Shown one piece after another: positions 1 through 10,965 of a stretch of DNA of 64,000 bases; positions within the stretch are counted from its first letter, which is position 1; each line of letters opens with the position of its first letter. Below the pieces are notes generated by a model. It worked only from the letters and a program-made list of their open reading frames with translations, had not been told where the DNA came from and did no database searches. The stretch is from assembly GCA_048128005.1 (NCBI GenBank), contig JBEUKZ010000117.1:248001-312000 (forward strand), in the 5' to 3' direction. Source of the stretch: Veleropilina oligotropha. Its lineage: Eukaryota. A program made the translations under genes and the position numbers.

Positions 1-709
1 GACATACATGTTAGAAATGGAAAATAACGACAAAGAAACAATAATAAAATATAAAAAATCAATAATTGAAACCAGGTTTGCGGTTTCATGATTTTTTTTG
101 TGGGAAATGCTATATTTACAAGGTACAATGGTTTTTTGTCAAGCGTTTCATTTCGTTTTGGCCATTTGTATAAATGTGCAGATCAATAATTGTACATAAA
201 TTTGCTGCGTAATTGATGTGTTAATTTTCTATGCATATTAGCATGTCGATGCAGTTTCCGTGCGTGGCATAAACACCAATATTTACTTGGAGATAATAAT
301 GCGAGAATAGCCTTCTGGATGGGTGCCAATTGTGTCACGATCAAATGTGTACGCATTATCTCTGGCCTAATATTGGGCGCATTTCGCAGCACATAGTAAT
401 CATTTTCAATAAATAGTACTGTAACTTGCTATTTTGCGAAACATAAATTAGGAGCGAAAGAAATGTGCGAACATAAGACGTTATAAATTTTTGTATAATA
501 ATTAAAGTTGCATTGCCCGTAAGTCGCGAAAAACGCTTTTAATTTTAAACCCTAGACCGCAAATGTATATATTCCACTTACCAAAAGTTAGAAACTTTGC
601 AATGTTTCCAAATAATTCTATAGAGCACCTGCAAATTAATATTAAAACATGCACTTGTTTACGGGATGATAGATTTGCGTAATAAATGTCTATGGGCATA
701 TGGGTTGTT

Positions 710-1680
710 CTATGCATTGTTTTACATCCATATACTTTAGTGTTGACTATATTGATGCTGCAAGTGATTTATAATATAAATAACATGTGAAATTAGTGTT
801 TGTGGACATATACATTTTTGTTAAAGTTGAGTGAATTTCCATTCTGTTCCAGTATTGCATACATATTCTTTGGTGATGCTTATATTGATACTGTAATACA
901 TTTTACTCTTGCAATGATATTGAATATTATTTTGTATAAATAAGAAACTTGATGTTTTTGGACATATATGTTTTGGTTAAAGTTTATATCAGAGTGATTG
1001 CGGAAGGCGGGGGATGAATCCGTTTTCTAACGGGCTCTTGTATTAAATATGCATTGATAATGGTTATATGGATGTCACCTGATACTCTAACACTGATATT
1101 GAATGGAATTTAAAATAAATAATGCCTGAAATTGGTGTTTGTGGACATATACATTTTGGTTAAAGTTTTCGGTTAAATATTTTCAATGGTCGCATATGTG
1201 TTGTCTTAGGCTCTTCTTTGCATACGTGTGCATTGGTAAAGCACTTATGGATGCCTGCTGATACTCTGGCACTGATGTTGAATGTAATTTAATATAATTA
1301 ATGCCTGAAATTGGTGGTCTTGGACAATTGGACGAATATGGCTTGCTCAATGCACTTTTAGCATCCTTATGCATTGGTAATGGTTATATGGATGTCACCT
1401 GATACTCCGGCACTGATATCAAATGGAATTTAATAAAATAATGACTCAAATTGGTGTTTTTGTTCTTTGAAAATTTGTATCAAGTTTTGGGTTAAAGTTT
1501 TCAAATGGATGAATATGGCTTTCTCAAGGCCCTCTTTTTGCATCCATATGCATTGGTAATGGCTACATGGATGCCACCTGATACTTTGGAACTGATATGG
1601 ATTTGAATTTAATATACAATTGTCTAAATTTGATGTTTTTGAACTTCAAAATTTTGGTTGTTGGTTTTGGTTAAAGTTGA
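710..1680. repeat. Diverged tandem repeat, about 140-180-bp unit, about 6 copies
   Basis: Recurring tgcattggtaatggttatatggatgtcacctgatactc...gaaattggtgtttgtggaca...ggttaaagtt, with clear unit starts near 1049, 1229, 1369 and 1549. Confidence 0.8.
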
Positions 1681-2132
1681 AATATTTAAATACGTGTTTG
1701 ATAGTCATAAAGCTTTTTGCAATGTGCGGCATCCGGTGTCTTCATCCCGGGGCATATCCATGTTACGGGGAACATATTTCTAGTTTGAGTTTGTCATCGT
1801 AGCGCCGCGCACATTTATAAACCTGCTAAGGAAATTATGTTTATGTATTAATATATTGTGTATATTTTCAGGTAGCTTGGGTACTAGAGTTGATACATGC
1901 TTCACTCATTCGTTGATCATCAAACAATGTTGAACTGGCTGAGAACAACACCGTTCGATCATAGTTACCGTTCAGAGTTATACACAGCGTCCAATCAGTA
2001 TGTCACCAAGATTAACAATTTCTTTGGATATGGCGTGGCAACTTACGAACAGTTGGAATCGCATATAACGCTGTGAGAGTTTGCGATGTACGACATTTCT
2101 ATATATTATGTGTGAGAGTTGTGTCCTATTTA

Positions 2133-2486
2133 AAACAAGAACGACGCGTTCGAAATATGTCTTGACCTTTCTTTATTTCCCTCAAATTTTCATAACAGTT
2201 AATACAATGGCTAAGTGCAAGTACTTCATGGCTTAAATTACTACCCCGTCGATTATGACGTCACCAAATGACGATTAATCTAAAGCGACGTCATAATGAC
2301 GTCATTGCTATTTGCTTGCAATATTAGACATCAGTTACATACGAATATGGATTAAAGTGCTCAATAAATGCATATTTTTGCAAAATTGTGTCGCGAAAGT
2401 TATATACACGACCTACAAATACTCTTGGGAATGTGTGTACCAATTTTGGTGAAAATTGACCTGGTAGTTTTCAAATAAATCGACGG

Positions 2487-2533
<47 letters not shown>

Positions 2534-2590
2534 CACACGGACCATTTGATAATGTCTTGTCCTTTTTTGCAAAAAGGTCAAGACATAAAA
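2133..2590 (-). mobile_element. Helentron-associated non-autonomous element (HINE/DINE-1-like), short form
   Basis: On the minus strand: TTTT, subTIR atgtcttgacc with adjacent inverted copy, (TA)n microsatellite, subTIR ggtcaagacat, palindrome gaacgcgtcgttc, then ttgttt. Confidence 0.8.
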
Positions 2591-2707
2591 ATGGAAAACT
2601 AACTCATTTATATGAAATAATATTTTGAATCAGTGTAATAACGAGCACGAAGTGTGAGCTCTATAGGTAACGTGTGTGTACAAAATAATCAATGATCAAC
2701 AAATTTA

Positions 2708-3310
2708 GGGCCTCTTCGATTGGTTGTCTTCTGGAAGTGGTAGACCTCTTCTTGGCAGACGGAAGATCGCTACGAATCGAATACGCAGTACCGAAATTAT
2801 ATGATGTAAAGATGACGGCACATAAGTCTTCATTCGAAGACCTCGCATAGTTTTTCTTGTCGATTTACATCGGATGGTGAAACACGGAACACAACATTAA
2901 TATTATGTAGATATACACAATTACAGTTGCAGTTAATCTCAATTTATTATTAAGACTCATAGTTTTAAACGTTTACAATTAATTTTCTTGCAAATCAACC
3001 CATTCGCGTTATTTGTCTTGAATTTACGCGTAATTTCATTTTTAACTGTTATCAATTATCTTTGTTTTTTTATTTGCCCAATATCCAACAATAATTGTAG
3101 TTATCCATCAAGAAATTCAGCGTAAAGCAAATTTATTGCATCTAACGAACTGAACGCGTATCGTTGTCCGCCATCTTGGAAGACGAGCTAATCCTGCTCG
3201 AGAGCAGGAAGAGCGGAAGAGCTCTTCTTCTTCTGGAATTCGTCTACCGTCTCAATCGAAGACGTGAGAATTTGAAATCCGGAATAAGAAGAGGACAATC
3301 GAAGAGGCCC
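2708..3310. mobile_element. PIF/Harbinger-like (Tourist) MITE
   Basis: Perfect 15-bp TIR gggcctcttcgattg...caatcgaagaggccc, flanked by TTA / CTA. Confidence 0.75.
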
Positions 3311-5459
3311 CTAGTGTACCCTTACCTTTATGATTATTAGGACGGAAACGGGTTGCATGCTGGGATCGTTTAACGTTGATATGGGCCTTTTGCTTATGGG
3401 TATACATTTTATTTATTTGTCAAGCGTGTCAAACGCGAAGCGCTTCCACATTAAACATGCATAGGACAGGCGCGCAGCGCCTGTCATAAATACTGAATTC
3501 CGCTGAAGTTTTAAAGCCAAGTCTCGGATATCCGTTAGCGGTGACGTCTTTGCCTTGAATTCGCCAGTGTCGTCTTGGCAACGAGAAAATGATTCGGTAA
3601 ATTCGCGGAGTTTACCGATCGATTCAAACTAAGAGAGTGTTGTGTACCTTATATGAATAGGTAACGGGCCCTAAGTAACGAACGTAATATACTAAACAAA
3701 TACTTTAAATGGACGAGCCACAGCAATGTGCGCTTCGAGCCGTACGCCGCTTCCCTCGCTTCGATAACATAGGCATAGTGTCTGTGTGTCGACTAGGCGG
3801 TGCGCAATACAAGTAATTTCACCAGTGCACATAAATAAAATATCCGTTACAAAGAATATCGTTGCAACCCACTACATCGCTCCTCAAGTTACAATATAAG
3901 TTTTACCATAACATAAAACTAAGACCATGGAGCGGTCAAAGTTCGGGATACATCGAACCAATAGTGGCAATACAATTATGTCAATAAACTAGTTGAAAGA
4001 ATTAATAATTTATTATTAAATTTTTAATAACAAAATTAAATATTAGTTTAAACTTTGTACCCGGTAATTAGTTTTAATAATTATATGTATATATGTATCA
4101 TATATATTTCATATCTGAGTGCTCGTTTCTAGGTAGCACCTACGACATATTATTAGCAATATGCAGGTACGTAGTCTACAGTACGCAACAGATATTACAT
4201 ACAATATCGTAACATATCAGGCGCACAGACTCAGAGCGCACATGCTTTCTCATGATTGACACTATCTGCATACGAGAGACGGTATCATTATAGTTGCGTA
4301 TGCATATATCTATTATCGCTATTTATAGCAGTCTTGAATGTTGATAGTCATAGGATAGTATATATGCTACGACATTTAAGCCGTAAGGTCCATTGCCCTT
4401 TTTATAATCTCATGATTGATATTGTCTGACATGTTGGGATATTATTCAGGTCCTCCATTGTAAATTATTCGATGCAAAATGTATTCAGGGCTATTGCCTT
4501 TTCCTCGTCACGGACTGCAATTCCATCCACTGTGTCAAATTCTGAGATTCCGGGTCTTGACTTCATCTTGATATTTGCATATTTATGAAAAATATATATT
4601 TTTTCAAAATCAACATTTCATATCGAATTGTCTCATGGATTATCGTATTACTCTCGTTGCTCTATTCCTGTATTTGCGGTTGTTTCTGTAGTCCATTCCT
4701 GTAGTCCATTTATGTAGTCTCTGGTTGACATGAATTTCCTGTATGCAGCGTATTTGGTTTTAAATTTGATATGGCTGCTGTATTCCTCCATAGTGGTTTA
4801 TTTATTTTATTTTGAGTGACATTTCTTTGCTGAAATAGTGCACCCAGCCTATTTCCTCAATGTTTCTTCTAGTGTATTCCAATTTGCATCTGCCAAGTTT
4901 GCAGACAATAGAACAGTCCAGTCAGTTCTAACTCATCTCATTCAGATGGGTATAGTCGCCTTTATCATTTTGGACGATTGTTTTATTTGGTCATGGTTCA
5001 TCGTAATAACATATTATCCTATACATCATAACTAAGTGATGATGACTGTTACGGATAGGTGTGTCGCAGCTTAATTCCTTCACCATGTCACATTCATTAT
5101 AGGATAAGCTTCAGTATATTAGCCTGGTGTTGCCATCGGTGGTGAGTGGGTAAAAGTACGTATCTCGGATCAAGTCTAAGAACTGTGGACTCGTGGTCTT
5201 ATTTGTCCCTCATGTTAACTGCTCGTTTCAGTAATTCATTTTTTGAAGATCCTGATTTTGGCGTTTCCTTGTGTCCTCGAGTTTACAGGTGGTCTTACGA
5301 AGCACGAGCGACTCCATACTGGAGATAACCCGCATCAGTGTGCTGTGTGTAACAGTGCATGCCTTTTCTCAGGCGCACAGACCCAGAGCGCACATTCTTT
5401 CTCATGATTGACACTATCTGGCCCTTCTTGTTGATGATTGATATCGCTCATCATCACGG

Positions 5460-5722
5460 GGCCGCTTCGGCAGCGCAGTGGGTAGAGTGTCCACTCTAAA
5501 TTCACTGGCTTGATTCCGCTAATGCGAACAGTAGTGGGTCCAATACCTGGCTGAGGCATTGACATTTTTTCAAGTTATGAATCACAGTGGTCCGTGACTG
5601 GCCGAAGAGGGCGGGTTTACCCGGGCGACCGGGGTTTCCTCCCGCGATAACACGGACATGTCCTGCCATGACCCTCGATGTTGTAAATATACAGGACATT
5701 AAGCATCATGCCACCCTCCCTC
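5460..5722 (+). mobile_element. tRNA-derived SINE, family 1
   Basis: A-box-like gcgcagtgggtagag, B-box-like gggt(c/t)caatacc, central gggtttacccgggcgaccggggtttcctccc (V/Meta-SINE-like) and a cctcc tail. TSD catcatcacgg. Confidence 0.9.
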
Positions 5723-5899
5723 CATCATCACGGAGTGTGAGTAACCAGCAGTTGAACATTTGGTCAGTAAGTCAGGTAAGACATATTATTGTCTTTGGAA
5801 CTGTTAGTAGATTGATAGACTCATCCAGGCATCATTTTGTCCTTACCATGAAGTCCGATTTCTATTCAGATTGCATCCTGGAACTGACTTTGCTCTAAC

Positions 5900-6600
5900 T
5901 ATTTACCTCTATTGTTTCCAATTGAATTTTATGTCCAAAACAACTCCTTTGTATGTGCTTTTAGGTCACAGAAACAGGCAGAGGTGGTAGCGTTCAGTTC
6001 CTATATTTTGTGGGCATCTTGTATTTGTAGGCTTGATTTCAGTGAGGCATATTATGTATTGTGTACAATTCTTCCAGTTTATTTACAAACGAGTCTGTAT
6101 TTCAATAAATAATTTCAAACCAAAACAAGTTCGCTTATAACAGTGTTTTTATTTTTAGCTTACTGTTGCTCGACTCCCGTTTTGTGGATCTATATGCTCC
6201 TTGTTTACTGTCCCCTCCGTATGTCCATTGGCAAAAATTGTCATCTTCGGCAATCAGCTGTTGCTAGTTATCCGCTATCAGTTTTCTCCAATTTTTTTAT
6301 TTCTTCATTTTGTGTTTGGGTAAGATCTGTTGCTATGAAGATGTTTCTTATAATGGGGTCTTATTTGTCCCTCATGTTAACTGCTCGTTTCAGTAATTCA
6401 ATTTTTGAAGATCCTGATTTTGGCGTTGCCTTGGGTCCTCGAGTTTGCTCGTTTCGGTCAGTTGGTATTGTACCCAGACACACCATAATTGTAATTTCCC
6501 TTCCTCCACATCTAGGTGTTATAAAATTGTGAAGCGACCGCAACCTGTCTTATACATATTCGTCTTATCTCCATAACATTATAATTTCCTATGGTCGAAT
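5900..6600 (-). mobile_element. Ancient LINE (CR1/L2-like) ORF1 plus endonuclease-start relic, co-duplicated with the cassette
   Basis: Remnant motifs such as FLQHLDVEGVEISNVVRLG, RPLKAK, LKRAVNM and IFIAPDLTQTQREE across copies. Other copies at 16500-17165, 25550-27090, and 50350-50465 plus 51225-51450 (+). Confidence 0.65.
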
Positions 6601-7569
6601 ATTTGCAAACCTCGCCGTGTTGATTTGATGTCACATGAGTCATTGACCCTGTTCAGATAGCTCCACCAGATGCGATGAATTATTGAATAGCTTTGTATGT
6701 TTTGCAACAACATTTACAACGATTCCATCGTATGCTAATTGGATACCACGGCCTATGCACTTAATTGCATTAATTTAGCAGTTGAACAACATCATACATC
6801 ATCTTGTTATGTTAATACCATATTGTAGTGTTGTGGCCCCGAATTGTACTTTTGGAATGTGTATAATGTTACTCTAATATGATAACCTAGTCTCCTTTTA
6901 TTGCCGTTGTCAACCTGTTATAAATTAAGTCATTGCGATACAACAGTCACCGTCATTATATAGTTAACAACAAGAGCAATCAGAGGAGATAGTAAACCCT
7001 GCCACGGGGTAAAGGGAGACGATGGTGAAAGTCATAAATGTCTACGGTCAATATTTCTAAACATGAATTACAATCATAAAATGTAATCACAAATTTAAAA
7101 TAATAAGAAATACCAAAATTTAAATAAAAACAAATATATATATATTGGATGTAATAGGAGTCGAACGCGTGACCTCTAGATCTACCGCTAACGCCTTAGG
7201 CTATTTATATTTGGTGTTAGATTTTTTGGATTTGCAAATTTTGCGGAAGTTGACAATACTTAACTCGCAATAACTCAATAGTTAATAAAGCGGTATACCT
7301 GAAATTTTCAATAGATAGTTTATGATAACCTTGCCTAATGCTGTAAATTATGTCACGGCGTCAGCAGTATTTAAAGAGCTATCACAAATATCGCAACGTC
7401 TCGACGATTTTGTCTTCGGAGCAAAAATTATTGCTACAAATTCGCTAAAACACAAAGTATGTCGATAAGAGTTGTAGATAATGTCCCACTCTGTTACTTG
7501 GTAAAATGTGAGGTATCTGCTTACAGATTTACGGCATTTATTTGCAATTTGCTTTGGTTGATTTCTAGT

Positions 7570-8790
7570 CATTATGGTATTCGCGGGATACAACTTAAAT
7601 GGTTTGAAAATTACTTATTTAATAGGAAACAATTTGTTTCAACAGGCATCAAACGATATCATGTGGAGTGCCACAGGGTTCTATACTAGGACCATTATTA
7701 TTCATTATTTACATAAACGATTTATCGAATACCTCTAAATTACTAAAATTCATTATTTTTGAGGACGATACTAATATATTCTTCACACATAAATCGTTTA
7801 AACGCTAATAAGTACAATGAATGAAGAACTAAAATATGTTAGTCGGTGGTTTAAAAATAATAAATTATCTTTAAACATTAAAAAAACAAATTTCATCTTA
7901 TTTGTCAATAAGGTAAAAATGCATGCCACAGAGGAAGCCAAAGTTAAAATTGAATAAATTTATATAAAGCAAGCAAGTAGCACAAAATTTTGGGGCGTAA
8001 CATTAGATGAAAACTTAAACTGGCATGAACATATTAAAAATATTAGTAGTAAAATATCAAAGAACATCGGTATTATCTACAAATTAAAACAATCATTACC
8101 TTCGTACATACTCCCAACACTATACACAAGCTTAATACTTCCATATTTTCAATACTGTAATATCGTATGGGGACTACATATCATTCAAGAACAGAAAAGC
8201 TTTGTATATTGCAAAAACGTGCAATAAGACTCATCACCTCCTCCAGCTATCTTGAGCACACTTCCCACTTTAAGAAATCCAAGCAACTAACAATTTATGA
8301 TATAAACAAACACCAAACTGGTATATTTATGTATACATTTCACAATAATATATTACCCAAGTCATTTAATAACTATTTTCATTTTCATGAAAATTCTAGC
8401 TTTCACTCACATAACACCAGATTAAAGGAAAACTATCATTTAATAAAATACCGTACAACTTTACGGCAATCAGAAATAAAATATCATGGACCTAAACTGT
8501 GGAATAACTTGAACGAAACGCTACGAAAATCGACCTCTTTGTCACAATTTAAAAGACAGTATAAATTATTATTAATATCAAATTATCATGCATAACCATA
8601 CTTTCTTAATCATATCAAATAAGCATCACTTTCACACATGCACGCACACCATACACAGACAAATACGCATATACACTTACACGCATACGAAAATAGTTAA
8701 ATACTAATTTAAAAAGCCTATATATTCATTGGGCGGTCAACTCATAAGCTCGAAAGGGTTTCTGACCTTCCATCCATAACACCAAACTCG
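7570..8790 (+). mobile_element. 5'-truncated, decayed CR1/L2-group LINE (RT 3' half)
   Basis: HYGIRGIQLKWFENYLFNRKQFV, GVPQGSILGPLLFIIYINDL, FEDDT, LQKRAIRLI and YHGPKLWNNL, with frameshifts and stops. Confidence 0.9.
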
Positions 8791-8949
8791 TATCATCTTT
8801 AAATTGCGTATATGTTTCATCTCTTTGTCAATTTATAATGTTAGCTTTCCCATACAAATCGATATATATATGTACACATGTGTATTTTATTTATACAATT
8901 ATTGTTATATTTGTAGGTAGTATTATTTTTATATGATATTGTATGGTGA

Positions 8950-9260
8950 CATGGGCGGATCCAGGGGGGTCCATGGGGGTCGGAGTTGACGGACCAAGTG
9001 CCCTATTGCCTTGGCCATTAAAAAGCTCAATGTGTTAGATTGTGACAAATATGAAAATAACCCATACATTTTAGTGAAAATGGTTCATAAATGTTGGTAA
9101 GAAATCTCGCTTTTGCCCTGTCAGAGTGCAGGAGAGGAGGTTTCAGGCTGTTAATTGTCAAAATTTTATTTCGCGTAGGGCCCCGTCCCCACGCGAACAG
9201 TTGTTAGTATATTTTATGAAAGTTGGACCCCCCCTTAGCAAAATCCTGCATCCGCCGCTG
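8950..9260. mobile_element. MITE, same family
   Basis: catgggcggatccagg...cctgcatccgccgctg, TSD GGTGA. Confidence 0.88.
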
Positions 9261-9292
9261 GGTGATATGGTAAAAAAATTATATTATATTAC

Positions 9293-9486
9293 ATTGATAC
9301 GGTTTGTCTTTCGTATAAGTGCGCGTGTGCGGTACTAGGGCGAATTGATACGGCAATGCCTGTTCACACACCGTGCATCGATATGGTTTCTCCCCCGTGT
9401 GAGTTCGTAAATGTAACCGAATTACGAAAATGCCCTGGCGCAAATACAACACGTGTGTGTTTTTCTCCTGTATGCTAACGCATGTA
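9293..9486 (-). pseudogene. Zinc-finger relic, type 2
   Basis: HLRTHTGEKPYRCTVCEQ motif; nucleotide sequence colinear with 28205-28407. A further small fragment lies at about 39245-39275. Confidence 0.8.
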
Positions 9487-10659
9487 CCCTCGTCACTCAT
9501 TTATTATTTAACTGAATCACCGCATATAATAAATATGGCGCTGGCAAAATATAAACATATTTGAGTCATTTTGTCTGAGGTAAGATCATTGACTAAAACC
9601 CTTGACAATATCCTAAGCTATCGTTGCGCAGACATCACTCATTAACAAAGAACGATTGCTTTCTTTCGGCTGTTCACTAACCTATATGCAATATTGTGGC
9701 TGAAATTCATCATGGAAAAAGAGTAGAACACATCGGCTCTTGGTGAAATCGGTGAAGCGCATTTTAACAAACTCGCCGCCAGTATCGATATATCCCGTCT
9801 CCCATTTTATTGTTTAGGCGCTCCAATATATCCTTGGCGTATGGGTAATCAGTTCCCCGGGTGCGAACGTGTTAATGTCGATGTTGTCCCTAAAGTGACT
9901 ATTGCTCGAAATAACACCATTTTCCTGAATGCGTAGAATTACTGAACTGCCTAGGCGTATCCAGCGGGGGTCGGTGGGTTTCAATTTCAAATTCCTGGCT
10001 GCGCCCACCAATTTTTAACAGCCTGTAAAATGAATCGGACGGACGTTTCGTACAGATTGGTGCAAATTGCGCGAATATTTGATCGATATATCATCAATTG
10101 TTTGATTTATATTGAAATTATTATTGTAACTGAGCAATATATGTTGATGTCAAACTAAAAAGCTATTGTAGTCCTACTTGACGAGCAGAAAGTAGCTTTG
10201 TAAGCAACTTTGCAAGCAACTTTTCTTCAACTAGGTATATTGGAAATGTCAATTAAATGTCAACAACAAATTGTCCAATAATTACTTCACGCACCCACTC
10301 TGCCACATATGGCTGAGACCAAGTGCGCGAAATAACCTTAAGCAAAGCAATGATTGATTGACGACTAGAGCATTGGCCCATAAATGTTGCACATGGTCAG
10401 TTATTCAATACCTGTTACCTGCAAAATCAAACGTTACCTGCAAAATACCACATTTGTGGTGTTATTTCGAATGTAAATTACGTAAATAAACAGAATCAGC
10501 ATCTTTAAAGTTTGGTTTGTATTTGTCTGCATGTGGCTTCACTGAGATGTATGCCCACATCCGTAATATGTTCGTGACATAATTATTGATTTGTAGATCA
10601 ATATTTGTTTTTGCCACCGTGGCGCCATACAAATTTATAAACCTGCTAACGAAATTGTT

Positions 10660-10695
10660 ACATGTATTAAAATATTACGTGTATATTTCTAGGTA
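10660..10695 (+). promoter_or_regulatory. Candidate conserved splice acceptor upstream of the finger exon
   Basis: gtatatttctag|gtag here, tatattttcag|gtag at 1860-1875, and gtatatttccag|gtgg at 62845-62830 (minus). The YAG is kept in three diverged copies. Confidence 0.5.
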
Positions 10696-10965
10696 GATTG
10701 GTAAAGGAAATTCACCTTGGAGACTGGAGCTGCTATCTGCTTCAGTCATTCGTTGATCCTCGTAAATGTTAAAGTAGTTGAGAACAACACCGATCGATCG
10801 TCAGTTACCGTGCATAGCTAATCGAAAGCGTCCAGTCAGCAAGGAATAGTATATACGTATTACGATATCGTAACATAAAATCAAGGGGGCTAATGTGACA
10901 TATAGTATGATATGATAAGAAGATAACGGGTACAGATTCTGAATTGCGCGTCATGTGACAAAACT

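Larger units (their letters stand above)
1810..6850 (+). pseudogene. Cassette copy A with the finger array deleted
   Basis: 1810-2126 matches the leader at 10630-10840 and 62560-62890 (reverse complement). The leader end (cgtaacata, about 4216) is fused to the last-finger remnant (tcaggcgcacagactcagagcgcacatg). A second last-finger remnant lies at 5288-5410. The 3' region matches 14130-16030 and 56930-57385 (reverse complement). Confidence 0.75.

Noticed and set aside
3465..3485. Perfect 9-bp hairpin gacaggcgc-gca-gcgcctgtc as a terminator
   Set aside because: Eukaryotic context with no U tract; probably a fragment of an unclassified repeat.
5460..5560. Functional tRNA genes at the A/B-box sequences (also 34890, 50190-50270 and near 7150)
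   Set aside because: No complete cloverleaf is evident. Most run straight into SINE bodies, several with tails and TSDs.
5502..5699. Recurrent ~65-aa ORF family MSCIFTTSR... (also 19880, 34657, 42247)
   Set aside because: It is the antisense reading of SINE family 1, so the conservation reflects repeat identity.
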